Source of the DNA: Bacilli bacterium
Lineage (GTDB): Bacteria > Bacillota_I > Bacilli_A > RF39 > UBA660
Assembly (NCBI GenBank): GCA_017541325.1
Contig: JAFXZI010000014.1
Coordinates: 45,741 to 109,740 of the forward strand
Reading direction: 5' to 3'
Length of the DNA: 64,000 nt
Made by a program: the position numbers and the translations under genes
In this document: positions 7,298 through 17,746 of the stretch, one piece after another
Position numbering within the stretch: position 1 is the first letter of the stretch
Layout: each line of letters opens with the position of its first letter
Notes under the pieces: model-generated
What the model saw: the letters and a program-made list of their open reading frames with translations, nothing else
What the model was told of the DNA's origin: nothing
Databases searched by the model: none

Positions 7298-8823
7298 TTT
7301 CTTTTAAATATTTTTCTAATTATACTCTTCATTAAATCTAAAAAGTATTTAAATTCCTCAGTATTATGAAATAGTATAAAGAATATTAAATTAGGAATTA
7401 ATACACACATTAGACACTTAAATATAAATATTAATAATACTGGTCCAGTAAGTAAACTAAGTAAATAATACATTATATAGGCTAAAGCAATAGTAAAGAT
7501 CATTCTTAGAATATATTCCATATAATATTTAGAAACACTTACTTTAAACCCATCTTTATAAAGAATAAATACTTCTATCCAGAAAGGAAGTGTAAAATAA
7601 CTAATTAAAGTTCCCAAAAATACTCCAAGTACTCCTAATTTTATAGATAGAATAATAGAAATACCAATATTAGCTATTGCTTCATAAATAGTTATATATC
7701 TATCTTTATAAAAGATTCCACTAGCTTCTCTAAATGAATTAACTACTTTTCTCATTACTGTAAAATAGAATATTAATACTAAAACTAAGACTATTTCTAT
7801 ATTAAATATATATTCTTTTCCCGCTATGATTTCAATAAAATCATTAAATAATACCATTAAACATATTGAACAGAAAAAAGCAATCCAGAAAGTAGCTAAA
7901 TTAGCTTTGTTAAATAATTCTATTCTTCTTTTTTCATCTTGGTCTACCCAAAAGTTTCCTACTCCAGGAGTAAGAGATGTATATACTTGATTAATTATCA
8001 TATATAGTGCATACATAACTAAGTAATAGTTAGAATAAAAACCAACCGCTTCCAAACTAACAAATTTAGATATTACAAGGTTATCAGTAGAATTAACTGC
8101 TACTCCACCTACTTTTTTTAGCATTAATGCTTTAGTGTTTTTAATTATTTCTTTAGTATCTTTCTTATCTAATTTCTTAACATTCTTTTCTTTTAAGAAT
8201 GGATACATTTTATCAGCTTTTTTAGATAATGCCCAGTTAGAAATAATAGTTAAGATAACTTGAATAATTAAATATCCAAAATAATCATGTGACATAAATA
8301 AATATATTATTTGTAATACATTCATTAATATATAAAAACTATATCTATAAATAGTTTCTATATGTCTATTTTGATCTGCTAAAATAAGATTTCTCTTATA
8401 TGAAAAGAAATAAGATACTGCAGTATTTGTTACAAATAACATATATATTATTTCTATGCCTTCGATATCAGGCATATCTTTAATAAAAAATGATAAAAAT
8501 GGTGTTAAAAGAAATCCGATTGCAAATATAACTACACCTATTACAGAATATACATGTTTAAATAAAAGCATTAAGGATTTTATCTTTTCATTATCATGTT
8601 TTGCAAGTGGTCTATATAAAGAATAAGTTATTGCAGTTCCAACACCAAGTTCAGTTAATGATAAAATCGTTAAGATATTTGAGAACAATCCATTTAATCC
8701 CAAATAAGTACTATTTAATACTCTAATAAAAACAATACGGACAATAAAACTAGCTATAATACCTAATGTTTGTCCGATAAGTGACCAATATACATTTCTA
8801 ACCATATTATTTGTTCTAGACAT
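7285..8823 (-). CDS. MOP-superfamily oligosaccharide/lipid-linked glycan flippase (Wzx/MurJ/SpoVB-like)
   Basis: 512 aa with about 14 predicted TM helices. The N-terminal pattern NVYWSLIGQTLGIIASFIVRIVFIRVL is typical of polysaccharide-biosynthesis flippases. GAGGTG RBS. Confidence 0.7.
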   Translation of the reverse strand: MSRTNNMVRNVYWSLIGQTLGIIASFIVRIVFIRVLNSTYLGLNGLFSNILTILSLTELGVGTAITYSLYRPLAKHDNEKIKSLMLLFKHVYSVIGVVIFAIGFLLTPFLSFFIKDMPDIEGIEIIYMLFVTNTAVSYFFSYKRNLILADQNRHIETIYRYSFYILMNVLQIIYLFMSHDYFGYLIIQVILTIISNWALSKKADKMYPFLKEKNVKKLDKKDTKEIIKNTKALMLKKVGGVAVNSTDNLVISKFVSLEAVGFYSNYYLVMYALYMIINQVYTSLTPGVGNFWVDQDEKRRIELFNKANLATFWIAFFCSICLMVLFNDFIEIIAGKEYIFNIEIVLVLVLIFYFTVMRKVVNSFREASGIFYKDRYITIYEAIANIGISIILSIKLGVLGVFLGTLISYFTLPFWIEVFILYKDGFKVSVSKYYMEYILRMIFTIALAYIMYYLLSLLTGPVLLIFIFKCLMCVLIPNLIFFILFHNTEEFKYFLDLMKSIIRKIFKRKRIS

Positions 8824-8876
8824 ATCGACACCTCAAAGAAATTATATCATTTCCATATATTTTCTACAATTAGCAA

Positions 8877-8909
8877 TAAAAAAATAGACATTTGTTGGAC
8901 AAATGTCTA
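8877..8909 (-). terminator. rho-independent terminator after the acyl-CoA ligase gene
   Basis: Perfect 10-bp stem 8885-8894/8900-8909 (tagacatttg/caaatgtcta) with a T-run on the minus strand. Confidence 0.75.
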
Positions 8910-10628
8910 AATTTCGTTATCTCTTTTCTTTTTTTCTTCTTCTTCAAGTTTTGTATAAGCTATTTTACCTATTAAAGTTTTAGGTAATTTATCTCTAAAT
9001 TCATATTCATGAGGCCATGAATAACGAGCTAAGTTTCTTTCACATAATTCTTTAATTGAATCTAGTATTTTATCATTTTTAGGAACTCCATCTTTTAAAA
9101 CAATAAACGCTTTTGCAACTTGAACTTTATATGGATGAGGTACTCCAATAACACAAGCACGTAATACATCAGGATGTGATTCAATAATACCTTCAATATA
9201 TTGTGGATAAAGATTATATCCAGATGATACTATCATTCTTTTTAATCTATTCTTAAAGTAAACAAATCCTTCATCATCCATTGAACCCATATCTCCGGTA
9301 TGAAGCCAAATCCTTCCTTCTTTATCTGGTTTTAATACTTTATTTGTTTGTTCTGGATCTTTTAAATATCCTTGCATGACAGATGGTCCACAAATAGCTA
9401 TTTCTCCTTCTTTTCCATGCTTTACTTCTCTATTTGTACCATGTTTAACTATTTTATAAAGTGTTCCAGGATAGGGAATTCCAATAGAACCAGCACGATA
9501 ATCATAATATGGAGTTAAGCAACTAGCACCACTACTTTCTGTAAGTCCATATCCTTCTCTTACTTGAATATTTACTGCACCATGTTCATGTAAGAAGTCA
9601 TCTACTTTTTTCTTTAAAGAAATAGATAAAGTATCTCCTCCAGAAATAAGTAATTTTAAGAAAGATAAATCCATTTGATTTATTTCTTCATTTTTTAAGA
9701 ACGCTTCATATAAAGTTGGTACTCCAATAATAATATTGGGTTTATATTTCTTTAATAAATTATCAAATTCTTTAGCATCAAATTGTGGTATTAAAATACT
9801 AGTACCACCAAAATATTGAACTGTATGAATACATACTCCAAGTCCAAAAGCATGGAATATTGGAAGTATTGCTAAGCACTTATCTCCTGCTTCTAATTTT
9901 CCACAAGCATAGAATGATTGAAGAGCACCACTATTAAAATTATAATTTGATAACATAATTCCTTTAGGGTCTCCAGTTGTACCACCACTATATAGTACAA
10001 CAGCAGTTTCATCTCCATCAAAATCATCTTTAATTTCACCCCAATATCTTAAAGATAATCTCATGAATTTTCTCCATTTTATAATACATTTATTATATTC
10101 AATATTAGTTTTTCTTCCTCTAGTTAATTTATAACCTATCTTTAAAAAGAAAGGCATAGAATCAGCTGGACTTACTAAAATAACATTCTTAACTCTAGTC
10201 TCATCTATAATATGATTAATTTTATTAAATGCAGAATCAAGTGCAACTACATAGTTGCTTTCAGATACATTTAAATAATATTTAATTTCATTTTCAGCTG
10301 AAAGTGGATGAATCATATTAGCTACTGCACCTATTTTATTTAATGCATAAAAACTAATAATAGCTTCAGGAGTATTAGGCATACATATGCTTACATAATC
10401 TCCTTTTTGTACTCCTAATCTTTTAAATGATTTAGCACATTTATTTATTTGTTTTAAAAAAGCTTTAAAAGTTTTCTTTTTACCAAAATAATCATAACTA
10501 ATATAATTTAAATGATCTTGAGCAGATTTTTCTAATAATTTATATATAGAACAGTTAGGATAATCAATATTTAAACTTTCATCATCATAAAACTTTTTCC
10601 ATATTCTTTCATCTGTTTGTTTTTTCAA
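8907..10628 (-). CDS. AMP-dependent synthetase/ligase (long-chain fatty-acid--CoA ligase-like)
   Basis: AMP-binding motifs YSGGTTGDPKG, GYGLTE, TGDMG and KNRLKRMIVSSGYNLYP. The start is uncertain: the ORF track begins at TTG 10646, and I prefer TTG 10628 (GGAG 7 nt upstream). Confidence 0.85.
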   Translation of the reverse strand: MKKQTDERIWKKFYDDESLNIDYPNCSIYKLLEKSAQDHLNYISYDYFGKKKTFKAFLKQINKCAKSFKRLGVQKGDYVSICMPNTPEAIISFYALNKIGAVANMIHPLSAENEIKYYLNVSESNYVVALDSAFNKINHIIDETRVKNVILVSPADSMPFFLKIGYKLTRGRKTNIEYNKCIIKWRKFMRLSLRYWGEIKDDFDGDETAVVLYSGGTTGDPKGIMLSNYNFNSGALQSFYACGKLEAGDKCLAILPIFHAFGLGVCIHTVQYFGGTSILIPQFDAKEFDNLLKKYKPNIIIGVPTLYEAFLKNEEINQMDLSFLKLLISGGDTLSISLKKKVDDFLHEHGAVNIQVREGYGLTESSGASCLTPYYDYRAGSIGIPYPGTLYKIVKHGTNREVKHGKEGEIAICGPSVMQGYLKDPEQTNKVLKPDKEGRIWLHTGDMGSMDDEGFVYFKNRLKRMIVSSGYNLYPQYIEGIIESHPDVLRACVIGVPHPYKVQVAKAFIVLKDGVPKNDKILDSIKELCERNLARYSWPHEYEFRDKLPKTLIGKIAYTKLEEEEKKKRDNEI

Positions 10629-10679
10629 AGTAATCACTCCAAACAAAAAAATTCCTTATTCATAATAACATATAATACA

Positions 10680-10709
10680 AAAAAAATAAAGAAAACTTAA
10701 GTTTTCTTT
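10680..10709 (-). terminator. rho-independent terminator after the 410-aa hypothetical gene
   Basis: Stem aaagaaaac/gttttcttt (10688-10696/10701-10709) with a T-run on the minus strand. Confidence 0.7.
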
Positions 10710-11940
10710 ATATTACTTCTATTGATTCTTCATATGATTTCTTTATTAGATAAAGCATTATAGAAGATGCTGATACATCAACTGATGCATGTTTTCCATT
10801 CTTTTTTATATATCGATAGAAAATATTACGATATAAATTAATGCTTTCAGTATCTTCTAATTTTAGACCATATAAAGTCTTCATAGATACTAAAGTTTCA
10901 TGTATAATTCTTTCTTTTTTTATTTTTATATTAAATTTCTTATTAAAATCTTTATAGTCGTTTAATATCTTTTCAGCTTGTTTATATGTAACTCCATATA
11001 TAATTGAAAAGAATGAAACCTTAAATAATAATAATTGATTATCATCATTCATAAGTGGGAAATCCTTTAATCTATTAAAAGTATTATTACCAATCTTTTT
11101 ATATCCCTCTACTCCAAACATCATTGTATTAACTAAATCTTTATCAGCATTATAATCTTTTTCTAAATTATCTAAACTATTTAGAATAGGAGGTACATTA
11201 TCAGTATAATATCTATTAATCATTAAATTAAATGAATAATCAATAAGCATTTTTAATTTTTGTTTATCAGTATCTCTTTTCTTTTTATAAATATATTCTT
11301 TATAATAATCCCACAATAATCTTCGGTAATTATTATAATTTAACAAAGAAAGTACAACATCAAAGAATTCATTATCACTTGAATAGTTTTCTAAAACATA
11401 ATTATCCATTAAAGAAACCATTTCTATAAATTTATCATTTCTTGATCTAAGTAGAGCTTTTACTACTTTACCTTTATCATCACTTTTAAAGACATTTAAT
11501 AGTAAATTTCTATATGATTCAACACTAAACTTATCAATTACATCTGCTGATAAAAAGTCAGATACTCTAAATTTATTAGACATAATAAGTTCATCGAATA
11601 ATTTTTCTCTTGTTAAAAAGATATAATCAATATATTCTTTTTCAGTATCATATAATATAAATAAATCTTTTAAATTACCTAAGTCATTTTTTTCTAAACT
11701 CATATAAATATATCTATTATTTCTAAAAGATGAAGAAGTTACTATTTGATAAAACTTACTATATTGATTCATATTTTTAATAGTTAGTATTCTTTTTACT
11801 ATAGAACCTGCAATAGATATAGAATATTCATCTGGGTAGTTATTTAAAGCTAAAAGATCTTGATTCATGATGGAAATAAATTCAGTATCACTTAATGATA
11901 ATGTTTCATCAATAGTTAAAGATAAAACTTTCTTCTTCAT
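10708..11940 (-). CDS. hypothetical cytoplasmic protein (helical, Asn/Lys/Tyr-rich)
   Basis: Long intact ORF. ATG 11940 lies after GGGTGA; the ORF-track start 11952 is a GTG. No motif recognised. Confidence 0.55.
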   Translation of the reverse strand: MKKKVLSLTIDETLSLSDTEFISIMNQDLLALNNYPDEYSISIAGSIVKRILTIKNMNQYSKFYQIVTSSSFRNNRYIYMSLEKNDLGNLKDLFILYDTEKEYIDYIFLTREKLFDELIMSNKFRVSDFLSADVIDKFSVESYRNLLLNVFKSDDKGKVVKALLRSRNDKFIEMVSLMDNYVLENYSSDNEFFDVVLSLLNYNNYRRLLWDYYKEYIYKKKRDTDKQKLKMLIDYSFNLMINRYYTDNVPPILNSLDNLEKDYNADKDLVNTMMFGVEGYKKIGNNTFNRLKDFPLMNDDNQLLLFKVSFFSIIYGVTYKQAEKILNDYKDFNKKFNIKIKKERIIHETLVSMKTLYGLKLEDTESINLYRNIFYRYIKKNGKHASVDVSASSIMLYLIKKSYEESIEVI

Positions 11941-11981
11941 AACTTCACCCACTTTCCTATTCTAAAAATATTTTATCATAC

Positions 11982-12010
11982 AAAAATAAAAAAGAGTATT
12001 TCTACTCTTT
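11982..12010 (-). terminator. rho-independent terminator after yebC (end of the murF..tad..yebC gene string)
   Basis: Stem aagagta/tactctt (11992-11998/12003-12009) with a T-run on the minus strand. Confidence 0.7.
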
Positions 12011-12034
12011 AATTATTAAACTAGTTTACACTTA

Positions 12035-12754
12035 TTAAGCATCTAAATTATGATATACATTTTGTACATCATCAATCTCTTCTAAGGCATCAGCTAAAGC
12101 TAATACTTTTTCAGTAGTTTCTTCATCAAGTGTTACAGTATTTTGGGCAATATATGTTATTTCACTTGTTATAAATTCTTCTACTCCAATACCTTCAAGT
12201 GCAGTTTTAACAGCAATAAAGTCTTCTGGAGAAGTATATATTTCATATCCATCATCAGTAGAAACTATATCTTGTGCTCCAGCATCAAGTGCAGTCATCA
12301 TAACTTCATCTTCATCATATTTTGAATCAATCATAATAAAACCTTTACGATCAAACATATATGAAACAGATCCATCTGTACCAAGGTTTCCTCCACGTTT
12401 TGTAAAAGTAGATCTTACAAGCATTGCAGTACGATTACGATTATCTGTTAGGCAATCAACCATGAATGCCACTCCTGATGGACCATATCCCTCATATCTA
12501 ATAGATTCATAGTTTTCACCTTCGTTAGACTTAACTGCTTTATCAATTGCTTTTTGAATATTATCTTTAGGCATATTATTACTTTTAGCTTTTTCAACTA
12601 CTAGTCTTAAATTAGGATTAGTTGCTGGATCTCCATTTGTTCCTTTAGCAGCTACATATAATTCTTTAGCTATCTTTTGGAATATTTTTCCTCTTTCAGC
12701 GTCTAATAATCCTTTTTTTCTGTGAATAGTTGCCCATTTAGAATGTCCACTCAT
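12035..12754 (-). CDS. yebC: YebC/PmpR-family DNA-binding regulator / translation factor
   Basis: 239 aa. The hallmark N-terminus MSGHSKWATIHRKKGLLDAERGKIF is present. It starts only 10 nt after the tadC-like stop. Confidence 0.93.
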   Translation of the reverse strand: MSGHSKWATIHRKKGLLDAERGKIFQKIAKELYVAAKGTNGDPATNPNLRLVVEKAKSNNMPKDNIQKAIDKAVKSNEGENYESIRYEGYGPSGVAFMVDCLTDNRNRTAMLVRSTFTKRGGNLGTDGSVSYMFDRKGFIMIDSKYDEDEVMMTALDAGAQDIVSTDDGYEIYTSPEDFIAVKTALEGIGVEEFITSEITYIAQNTVTLDEETTEKVLALADALEEIDDVQNVYHNLDA

Positions 12755-12764
12755 ATTTTCCTCC

Positions 12765-13460
12765 TTAACTTAGTTTTAAATATTCTATTATTACCGGTGT
12801 AAGAATTAGTAATAATATTAATGGTATATAAAATAATACCGATATAACAGAAACCTTTACAGGTATCTTGTTAATGATTGCTTTTATTTTTAATACTTGT
12901 CTTTCTCTTATATAATCAATTTGAGTATATATATCTTCAATAATATCATTACCTAAAGTATTAGATTCAGATATATGAAGAATAATACTATTTACTTCAT
13001 CTGATGGAATTCTCTCTCTTAATGAATCAAGTGCTTCGTTAAGACCTTTTCCATATTTCATTTCTTCTAAAGTAATTTTAAATTCATTAGATAAATCATT
13101 ATCTACATTTATAGTTGCAACTTCTATAGAATCAACTATGCTTTTTCCTGATTCTAAGGAAAGTGCCATTACTTCAAAGAATTCCATAGCATTATACTCT
13201 AAATTATCTTTTCTTTTATTTATTGGAATCTCAATTAAATAATAAGTAATTAATTTAAAATAAATAAAAGTAATAATCGGACTAAGTAAATATCCCCAAT
13301 CAAGCATATATAATAACATGAAAAATATAATTAGAGAAGAAAAAGTTCTAAAGTTAAGAAAGAATATACTACTCATATTACTTTTTCCCATTTTTAATTT
13401 CTTTTCAAATTCTTCTATTTTTTTTCGAGGATAAATATAATACCAAAATTTATTTTTCAT
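12765..13460 (-). CDS. tadC: Tad/type II secretion F-family inner-membrane platform protein (TadC-like)
   Basis: 231 aa. T2SSF-type soluble domain (FFEVMALSLESGKSIVDSIE...LNEALDSLRERIP) flanked by TM helices. 4-nt overlap with the upstream gene. Confidence 0.75.
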   Translation of the reverse strand: MKNKFWYYIYPRKKIEEFEKKLKMGKSNMSSIFFLNFRTFSSLIIFFMLLYMLDWGYLLSPIITFIYFKLITYYLIEIPINKRKDNLEYNAMEFFEVMALSLESGKSIVDSIEVATINVDNDLSNEFKITLEEMKYGKGLNEALDSLRERIPSDEVNSIILHISESNTLGNDIIEDIYTQIDYIRERQVLKIKAIINKIPVKVSVISVLFYIPLILLLILTPVIIEYLKLS

Positions 13461-14446
13461 AATTTCACCTCGATGTATACTATTTTTCTAATTATTATTA
13501 TATAGAATACATATAACATTATTATTAACACAAATGCTAAAAATCCTATGGTTGTAGTAAATAAAGTTACAAAGTATGCTGGATTAAGTAATAATAAGAA
13601 TAAAACTAATATCGGTGGCATTGAAACTAAAATACGATAAACGAATCTAGCTTGAGAAGAATTACTTTTAAGTTCTTCTCTTAATTTTTTTCGTGCTAAT
13701 GCATTTTTTTCAATAGAATCAAATACAGATACAATGTTTCCACCAGTTTTACTTAATACACTAATTGAACTAGTTAAGTATGTAGCTTCAACACTTTTTA
13801 CTCTTTTACTAAATCTTTTAAAAGCTTCTTCTATATCTAATCCAAATTTAATATCTTCACTTATACGTTTAAACTCTATAGATATAGGTCCTTGCATCTC
13901 TTTAGCAACTAAGTCTATAGCTTGAATAATACTTTTTCCTGATTTAAAAGCATTATTCATTATTACTATTGCTTCTGAGATATCATTATCTAGTCTATTA
14001 TCTTCATATTTTCCAAGTACATATAAATAAATATCATATAAGAAGAATCCTGCTAAGAAAGATATTAGAATATTTACGATAGTTAGAACATTTTCTTTAG
14101 CAAATGAATTACATATAAGTAATAATAAACATAATAATCCTATAAATATTTTTCTACTAATGTAATTCATATTTGTAAGAAGTTTTTTACTACCTGAATA
14201 CTTTATATATTTTTTACTATAATCATCAAATACATGAGTTTTTATTAGTCTCCTAGATAGTTTTTCTTCTATATTTCTATAACTACTTACTAAAACATCA
14301 ACAATAGAAAGAGTATCATTATCATAATCTACAGTATAATTATTAAATCTTTTAGTTAATTTATAACTGTTATATGATTTTATAAATAACCATACCAATA
14401 ATAGAATTAAACATATTAACAATAATACTAATAAATATAATTCCAT
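13457..14446 (-). CDS. tadB: Tad/type II secretion F-family inner-membrane platform protein (TadB-like)
   Basis: 329 aa. T2SSF domain (MNNAFKSGKSIIQAIDLVAKEMQGPISIEFKRISEDIKFGLDIEEAF) with N- and C-terminal TM helices. Confidence 0.75.
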   Translation of the reverse strand: MELYLLVLLLICLILLLVWLFIKSYNSYKLTKRFNNYTVDYDNDTLSIVDVLVSSYRNIEEKLSRRLIKTHVFDDYSKKYIKYSGSKKLLTNMNYISRKIFIGLLCLLLLICNSFAKENVLTIVNILISFLAGFFLYDIYLYVLGKYEDNRLDNDISEAIVIMNNAFKSGKSIIQAIDLVAKEMQGPISIEFKRISEDIKFGLDIEEAFKRFSKRVKSVEATYLTSSISVLSKTGGNIVSVFDSIEKNALARKKLREELKSNSSQARFVYRILVSMPPILVLFLLLLNPAYFVTLFTTTIGFLAFVLIIMLYVFYIIIIRKIVYIEVKL

Positions 14447-14459
14447 ATTTTACTCCTTT

Positions 14460-15812
14460 CTATTTTTTCTTAGTTGTAGTCTTTTTAGTAATTTTATTTT
14501 TTGCTTTAGATTCAAACATATCTAAAACAATTCCTTTATTTTTAATTTTTTCATATATTTTTGGTACATTTTCATAAAGAATAAATTCTCCGTTTACTTC
14601 TTTATTTTCAGTTATACCATGCTTTAAGAATGCAAATATATCTTCAATAATAATATTTTCTCCATCAAATCCAGTTATTTCTGAAATATTAGTAACTTTT
14701 CTTTTACCATCACTTAATCTTTCAACCGATATTACTATATCAATAGCACTATCTATATACCCTCTAATAGCTTTAATAGGCAATTCTACTTCGCTCATAA
14801 GAATCATTGTTTCAAGTCTATTTAATGCATCTTTTACTCCGTTAGCATGTAGAGTGGTTAATGATCCATCATGACCTGTATTCATCGCTTGTAGCATATC
14901 AAACGCTTCTTTACCACGAACTTCACCAACTATTATTCTATCAGGACGCATACGAAGAGAGTTTCTTACTAAATCTCTTATTGTTATTTCTCCTTCTTTT
15001 TCATAGTTTTCAGTTTTAGTCTCAAGTGAAATAACATGTTCTTGTTTAAGACGAAGTTCAACTGCATCTTCAATAGTAATTATTCTCTCATCATTAGGAA
15101 TAGATCCTGAAAGAACATTTAAAAGTGTTGTTTTACCAGAACCAGTTCCTCCACATATTAAGATATTTAATCTTGCTTTAATACAAGCATCTAAGAAAGT
15201 AGCCATATATGGAGTTAATGTACCATTTCCTATTAAACTATCCATATCTTCAACATCATCTCTAAATTTACGAATAGTTACAACTGGCCCCTTTACTGAT
15301 AATGGTGGAATAATAGCATTTATTCTAGATCCATCAGGAAGACGAGAATCTACCATTGGGTTACTACTATCAATAGTTCTACCTAGTGGTTGAATGATAC
15401 GACTTACTGTTCTTATTATATGTTCATCATTAATAAATGAAACATCATAATCACGAGATATTATACCATCTACTTCAATATATATTTCATCAGGAGAATT
15501 AATCATTATCTCTGTTACATTTTTATCTTTTAATAATTCTGTAATAGGTCCAAATCCATTTAATTCATTATTAATAAGATTTTTTAAATAGTCTCTTTGT
15601 TCATTTAAAAGATCATATTCAACTGCAATTCTATCTATTACTTCTTCTATATTTTCTTCTTCTATTTCATGAGAATCAATTAATTCTTGAATAATCTTAA
15701 TACGTAATTTATCAAGTTCTTCTTTATTCTCAAAAATATCATAATCAGTATTAGTATAAGTATTGGAACTATTATCTTCTAAATTGAACTCTTCCATCCA
15801 ACTATTATTCAT
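14460..15812 (-). CDS. tadA: CpaF/TadA-family secretion ATPase
   Basis: 450 aa. Walker [13 protein letters not shown], Walker [13 protein letters not shown], and His box [12 protein letters not shown]. Confidence 0.9.
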   Translation of the reverse strand: MNNSWMEEFNLEDNSSNTYTNTDYDIFENKEELDKLRIKIIQELIDSHEIEEENIEEVIDRIAVEYDLLNEQRDYLKNLINNELNGFGPITELLKDKNVTEIMINSPDEIYIEVDGIISRDYDVSFINDEHIIRTVSRIIQPLGRTIDSSNPMVDSRLPDGSRINAIIPPLSVKGPVVTIRKFRDDVEDMDSLIGNGTLTPYMATFLDACIKARLNILICGGTGSGKTTLLNVLSGSIPNDERIITIEDAVELRLKQEHVISLETKTENYEKEGEITIRDLVRNSLRMRPDRIIVGEVRGKEAFDMLQAMNTGHDGSLTTLHANGVKDALNRLETMILMSEVELPIKAIRGYIDSAIDIVISVERLSDGKRKVTNISEITGFDGENIIIEDIFAFLKHGITENKEVNGEFILYENVPKIYEKIKNKGIVLDMFESKAKNKITKKTTTKKK

Positions 15813-16563
15813 AATCTTCCTCCTCTACTAAACTACGTATATTATTACTAAATGTTTCATATTCTTTTTTAGCTTCACCAGTAAATATTTCATTAAAATT
15901 AATTATTTTTTCATCCATAACTAATTCATTATAATTATTTATAAATAATTTATTACTTATAGAATAATCTAATTTTTTAATTACTGTTTTTATATCATAA
16001 ATATCATAATTATCTTTAATATCTCGATATGATTTATTTAGTAGTACAACAACATTATCTACTTTCATATTTTTAGTTATAGAAATGAAACTCTTATTAA
16101 TTTCTAAATTATAAGCATCATCTCCAACTATATCTATAATCTTCATACTTTTATCAAAAAGAAGCATATTAAGTGGGCTTAAAGTATTATTTGTATCAAT
16201 TACTATATATTCATATGAATACATTAATAAATCTAAAACTTGAGACAATGCTTTTACATCTATTTTAGATGATAATCTCATATCTATAGGAGCAGGAATA
16301 AAAGATAAGTTATCTCTTACATAATAAGTATATGGAGTAGAACTTTCATATTTTTTATTTCTTAAATCATCACACATATTATAAATAGTCTTTTTAGGTT
16401 TAATACCTAGTGCAAAAGCAAGATTTCCTCCATATAAATCTAAATCTATTAAAAGAGTACTTTTATTTTTACTTAAAATATCTGCAATCATCATTGAAAC
16501 AGTAGTTTTACCTACTCCACCTTTCATAGATGTTACAGTTATTATCTTAGCTTTATTCTTCAT
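15805..16563 (-). CDS. ParA/MinD-type ATPase (CpaE/TadZ-like pilus localisation protein)
   Basis: 252 aa. Deviant Walker A SMKGGVGKTTVS. 8-nt overlap with the ATPase gene. Confidence 0.75.
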   Translation of the reverse strand: MKNKAKIITVTSMKGGVGKTTVSMMIADILSKNKSTLLIDLDLYGGNLAFALGIKPKKTIYNMCDDLRNKKYESSTPYTYYVRDNLSFIPAPIDMRLSSKIDVKALSQVLDLLMYSYEYIVIDTNNTLSPLNMLLFDKSMKIIDIVGDDAYNLEINKSFISITKNMKVDNVVVLLNKSYRDIKDNYDIYDIKTVIKKLDYSISNKLFINNYNELVMDEKIINFNEIFTGEAKKEYETFSNNIRSLVEEEDYE

Positions 16564-17341
16564 CTAACCAACTCCTATTTTTATTATAATTATTTATTAT
16601 ATTATTTTCTGTTAATAACATATCATATGATTTTACATATTTAATATTCTTAGTATTAATAATTAAATCTCCACTTAAATTATCTATTTCTTTTATAAAG
16701 TCTCCATTTAAATATAGACGTGCTTTGTTAGTACCAACTAAATCTATAATATTTCTTTCATTAACTGGACCAATTAAAATATCATTTAAATACAGACTAT
16801 TATTACTTATAAAGAACCTACTATTACCAATCATAAATTGAGTATCATCTAAATTAGTAAAACCAATTTCTAAAGAATAATTTTCTAAATCAAAATTCTT
16901 TATATTAATTACACCATTAATTATGTTGTAGCCTCTACCATCTAAACTATTTACTTCATTATTATTTATTTCAAAATACATTAAAATATTACTTGTATAT
17001 TTTACTTCTTTTTCTGATGTAACAGTATATTTATCCATACCTATAATTTTTCCAAATATAGGTTTTATATCTTTATGCGTTTTTATATAAATAGATCTGT
17101 TTTCTATTTTTACTTCATCTATAACGATATCTTCATCATTTAAACTATATAATAATTTAATATCTTCATTAGAAACATCAATCTTTTTATTTAAACTAGT
17201 TAAAATATCTTTATTAACGTTATCTAAATAATTTTTATTATAAAACATCAAAGATGAATCTATAATAAAAGCTAAAGCAAGTGTAATAATAGGTAGTAAA
17301 AGTAAGAATAATACCAGTACTTGTCCTTTATTATTCTTCAT
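16553..17341 (-). CDS. TadG/TadE-like pseudopilin-type protein
   Basis: 262 aa. N-terminus MKNNKGQVLVLFLLLLPIITLALAFIIDSSLMF resembles the Flp-pilus TadE/G-like N-terminal segment. Overlaps both neighbouring genes by 11 nt. Confidence 0.6.
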   Translation of the reverse strand: MKNNKGQVLVLFLLLLPIITLALAFIIDSSLMFYNKNYLDNVNKDILTSLNKKIDVSNEDIKLLYSLNDEDIVIDEVKIENRSIYIKTHKDIKPIFGKIIGMDKYTVTSEKEVKYTSNILMYFEINNNEVNSLDGRGYNIINGVINIKNFDLENYSLEIGFTNLDDTQFMIGNSRFFISNNSLYLNDILIGPVNERNIIDLVGTNKARLYLNGDFIKEIDNLSGDLIINTKNIKYVKSYDMLLTENNIINNYNKNRSWLDEE

Positions 17342-17684
17342 TATTAATAGTCCTTTCTACTTTAACACTATATGGATCTTTTATTATTCTATTAATTCCT
17401 GGAGTCATTAAATCAACATCTTTAGTAATAATAATTGTTGTAATAGAACCCTTATCAGTAATATCAACATTAATATTTTTGTATCCAATACTAGCTAGAT
17501 ATGACTCTATTTCATCATTATCACTATTCTTTTGATATAGTGAAATAACTTCATTACTAACTCCTTCTAATTTACTATTTTCAAGTATTATTCTTCCTAA
17601 ATCTAAAAATGAAAAGAGAAGTAATATTATTACTGGTAATATAAGAACAAATTCAATAAGTGCTTGACCCTTATTATTCTTCAT
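17331..17684 (-). CDS. TadE-like pseudopilin / candidate pilin subunit
   Basis: 117 aa. MKNNKG|QALIEFVLILPVIILL has Gly-1/Glu+5 and the TadE-type EFxLxxP motif. GGAAGGTG RBS. Confidence 0.7.
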   Translation of the reverse strand: MKNNKGQALIEFVLILPVIILLLFSFLDLGRIILENSKLEGVSNEVISLYQKNSDNDEIESYLASIGYKNINVDITDKGSITTIIITKDVDLMTPGINRIIKDPYSVKVERTINNEE

Positions 17685-17709
17685 AATAACACCTTCCCTA
17701 TCTTACATA

Positions 17710-17718
17710 ATTATATCA
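17710..17718 (-). promoter_or_regulatory. putative extended -10 promoter (TGaTATAAT) ahead of the tad genes
   Basis: The minus strand reads tttgtTTGATATAATtatg, about 25 nt upstream of the TadE-like start. Confidence 0.45.
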
Positions 17719-17746
17719 AACAAATAAAAAAAAGAGAATAACTACT

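Noticed and set aside
13457-13460. A possible alternative genetic code (UGA=Trp, as in Mollicutes), considered because of the extreme AT content.
   Set aside because: Long motif-complete ORFs are obtained with the standard bacterial code. Trp positions I checked use TGG. TGA also functions as a stop in the ATGA overlap junctions (for example 13457-13460 and 58307-58310). There is no sign of recoding.
17706-17720. A shared TTTGATATAATT core upstream of the tad operon, the giant pilin (36963-36971), the 846-aa gene (57576-57584) and the flippase gene. I considered whether it marks a dedicated regulon.
   Set aside because: The motif is simply the consensus extended -10 (TGnTATAAT) in an AT-rich context. 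Similar elements precede housekeeping units such as the moxR and Prs-like leaders, so it gives no evidence for a specific regulator site.
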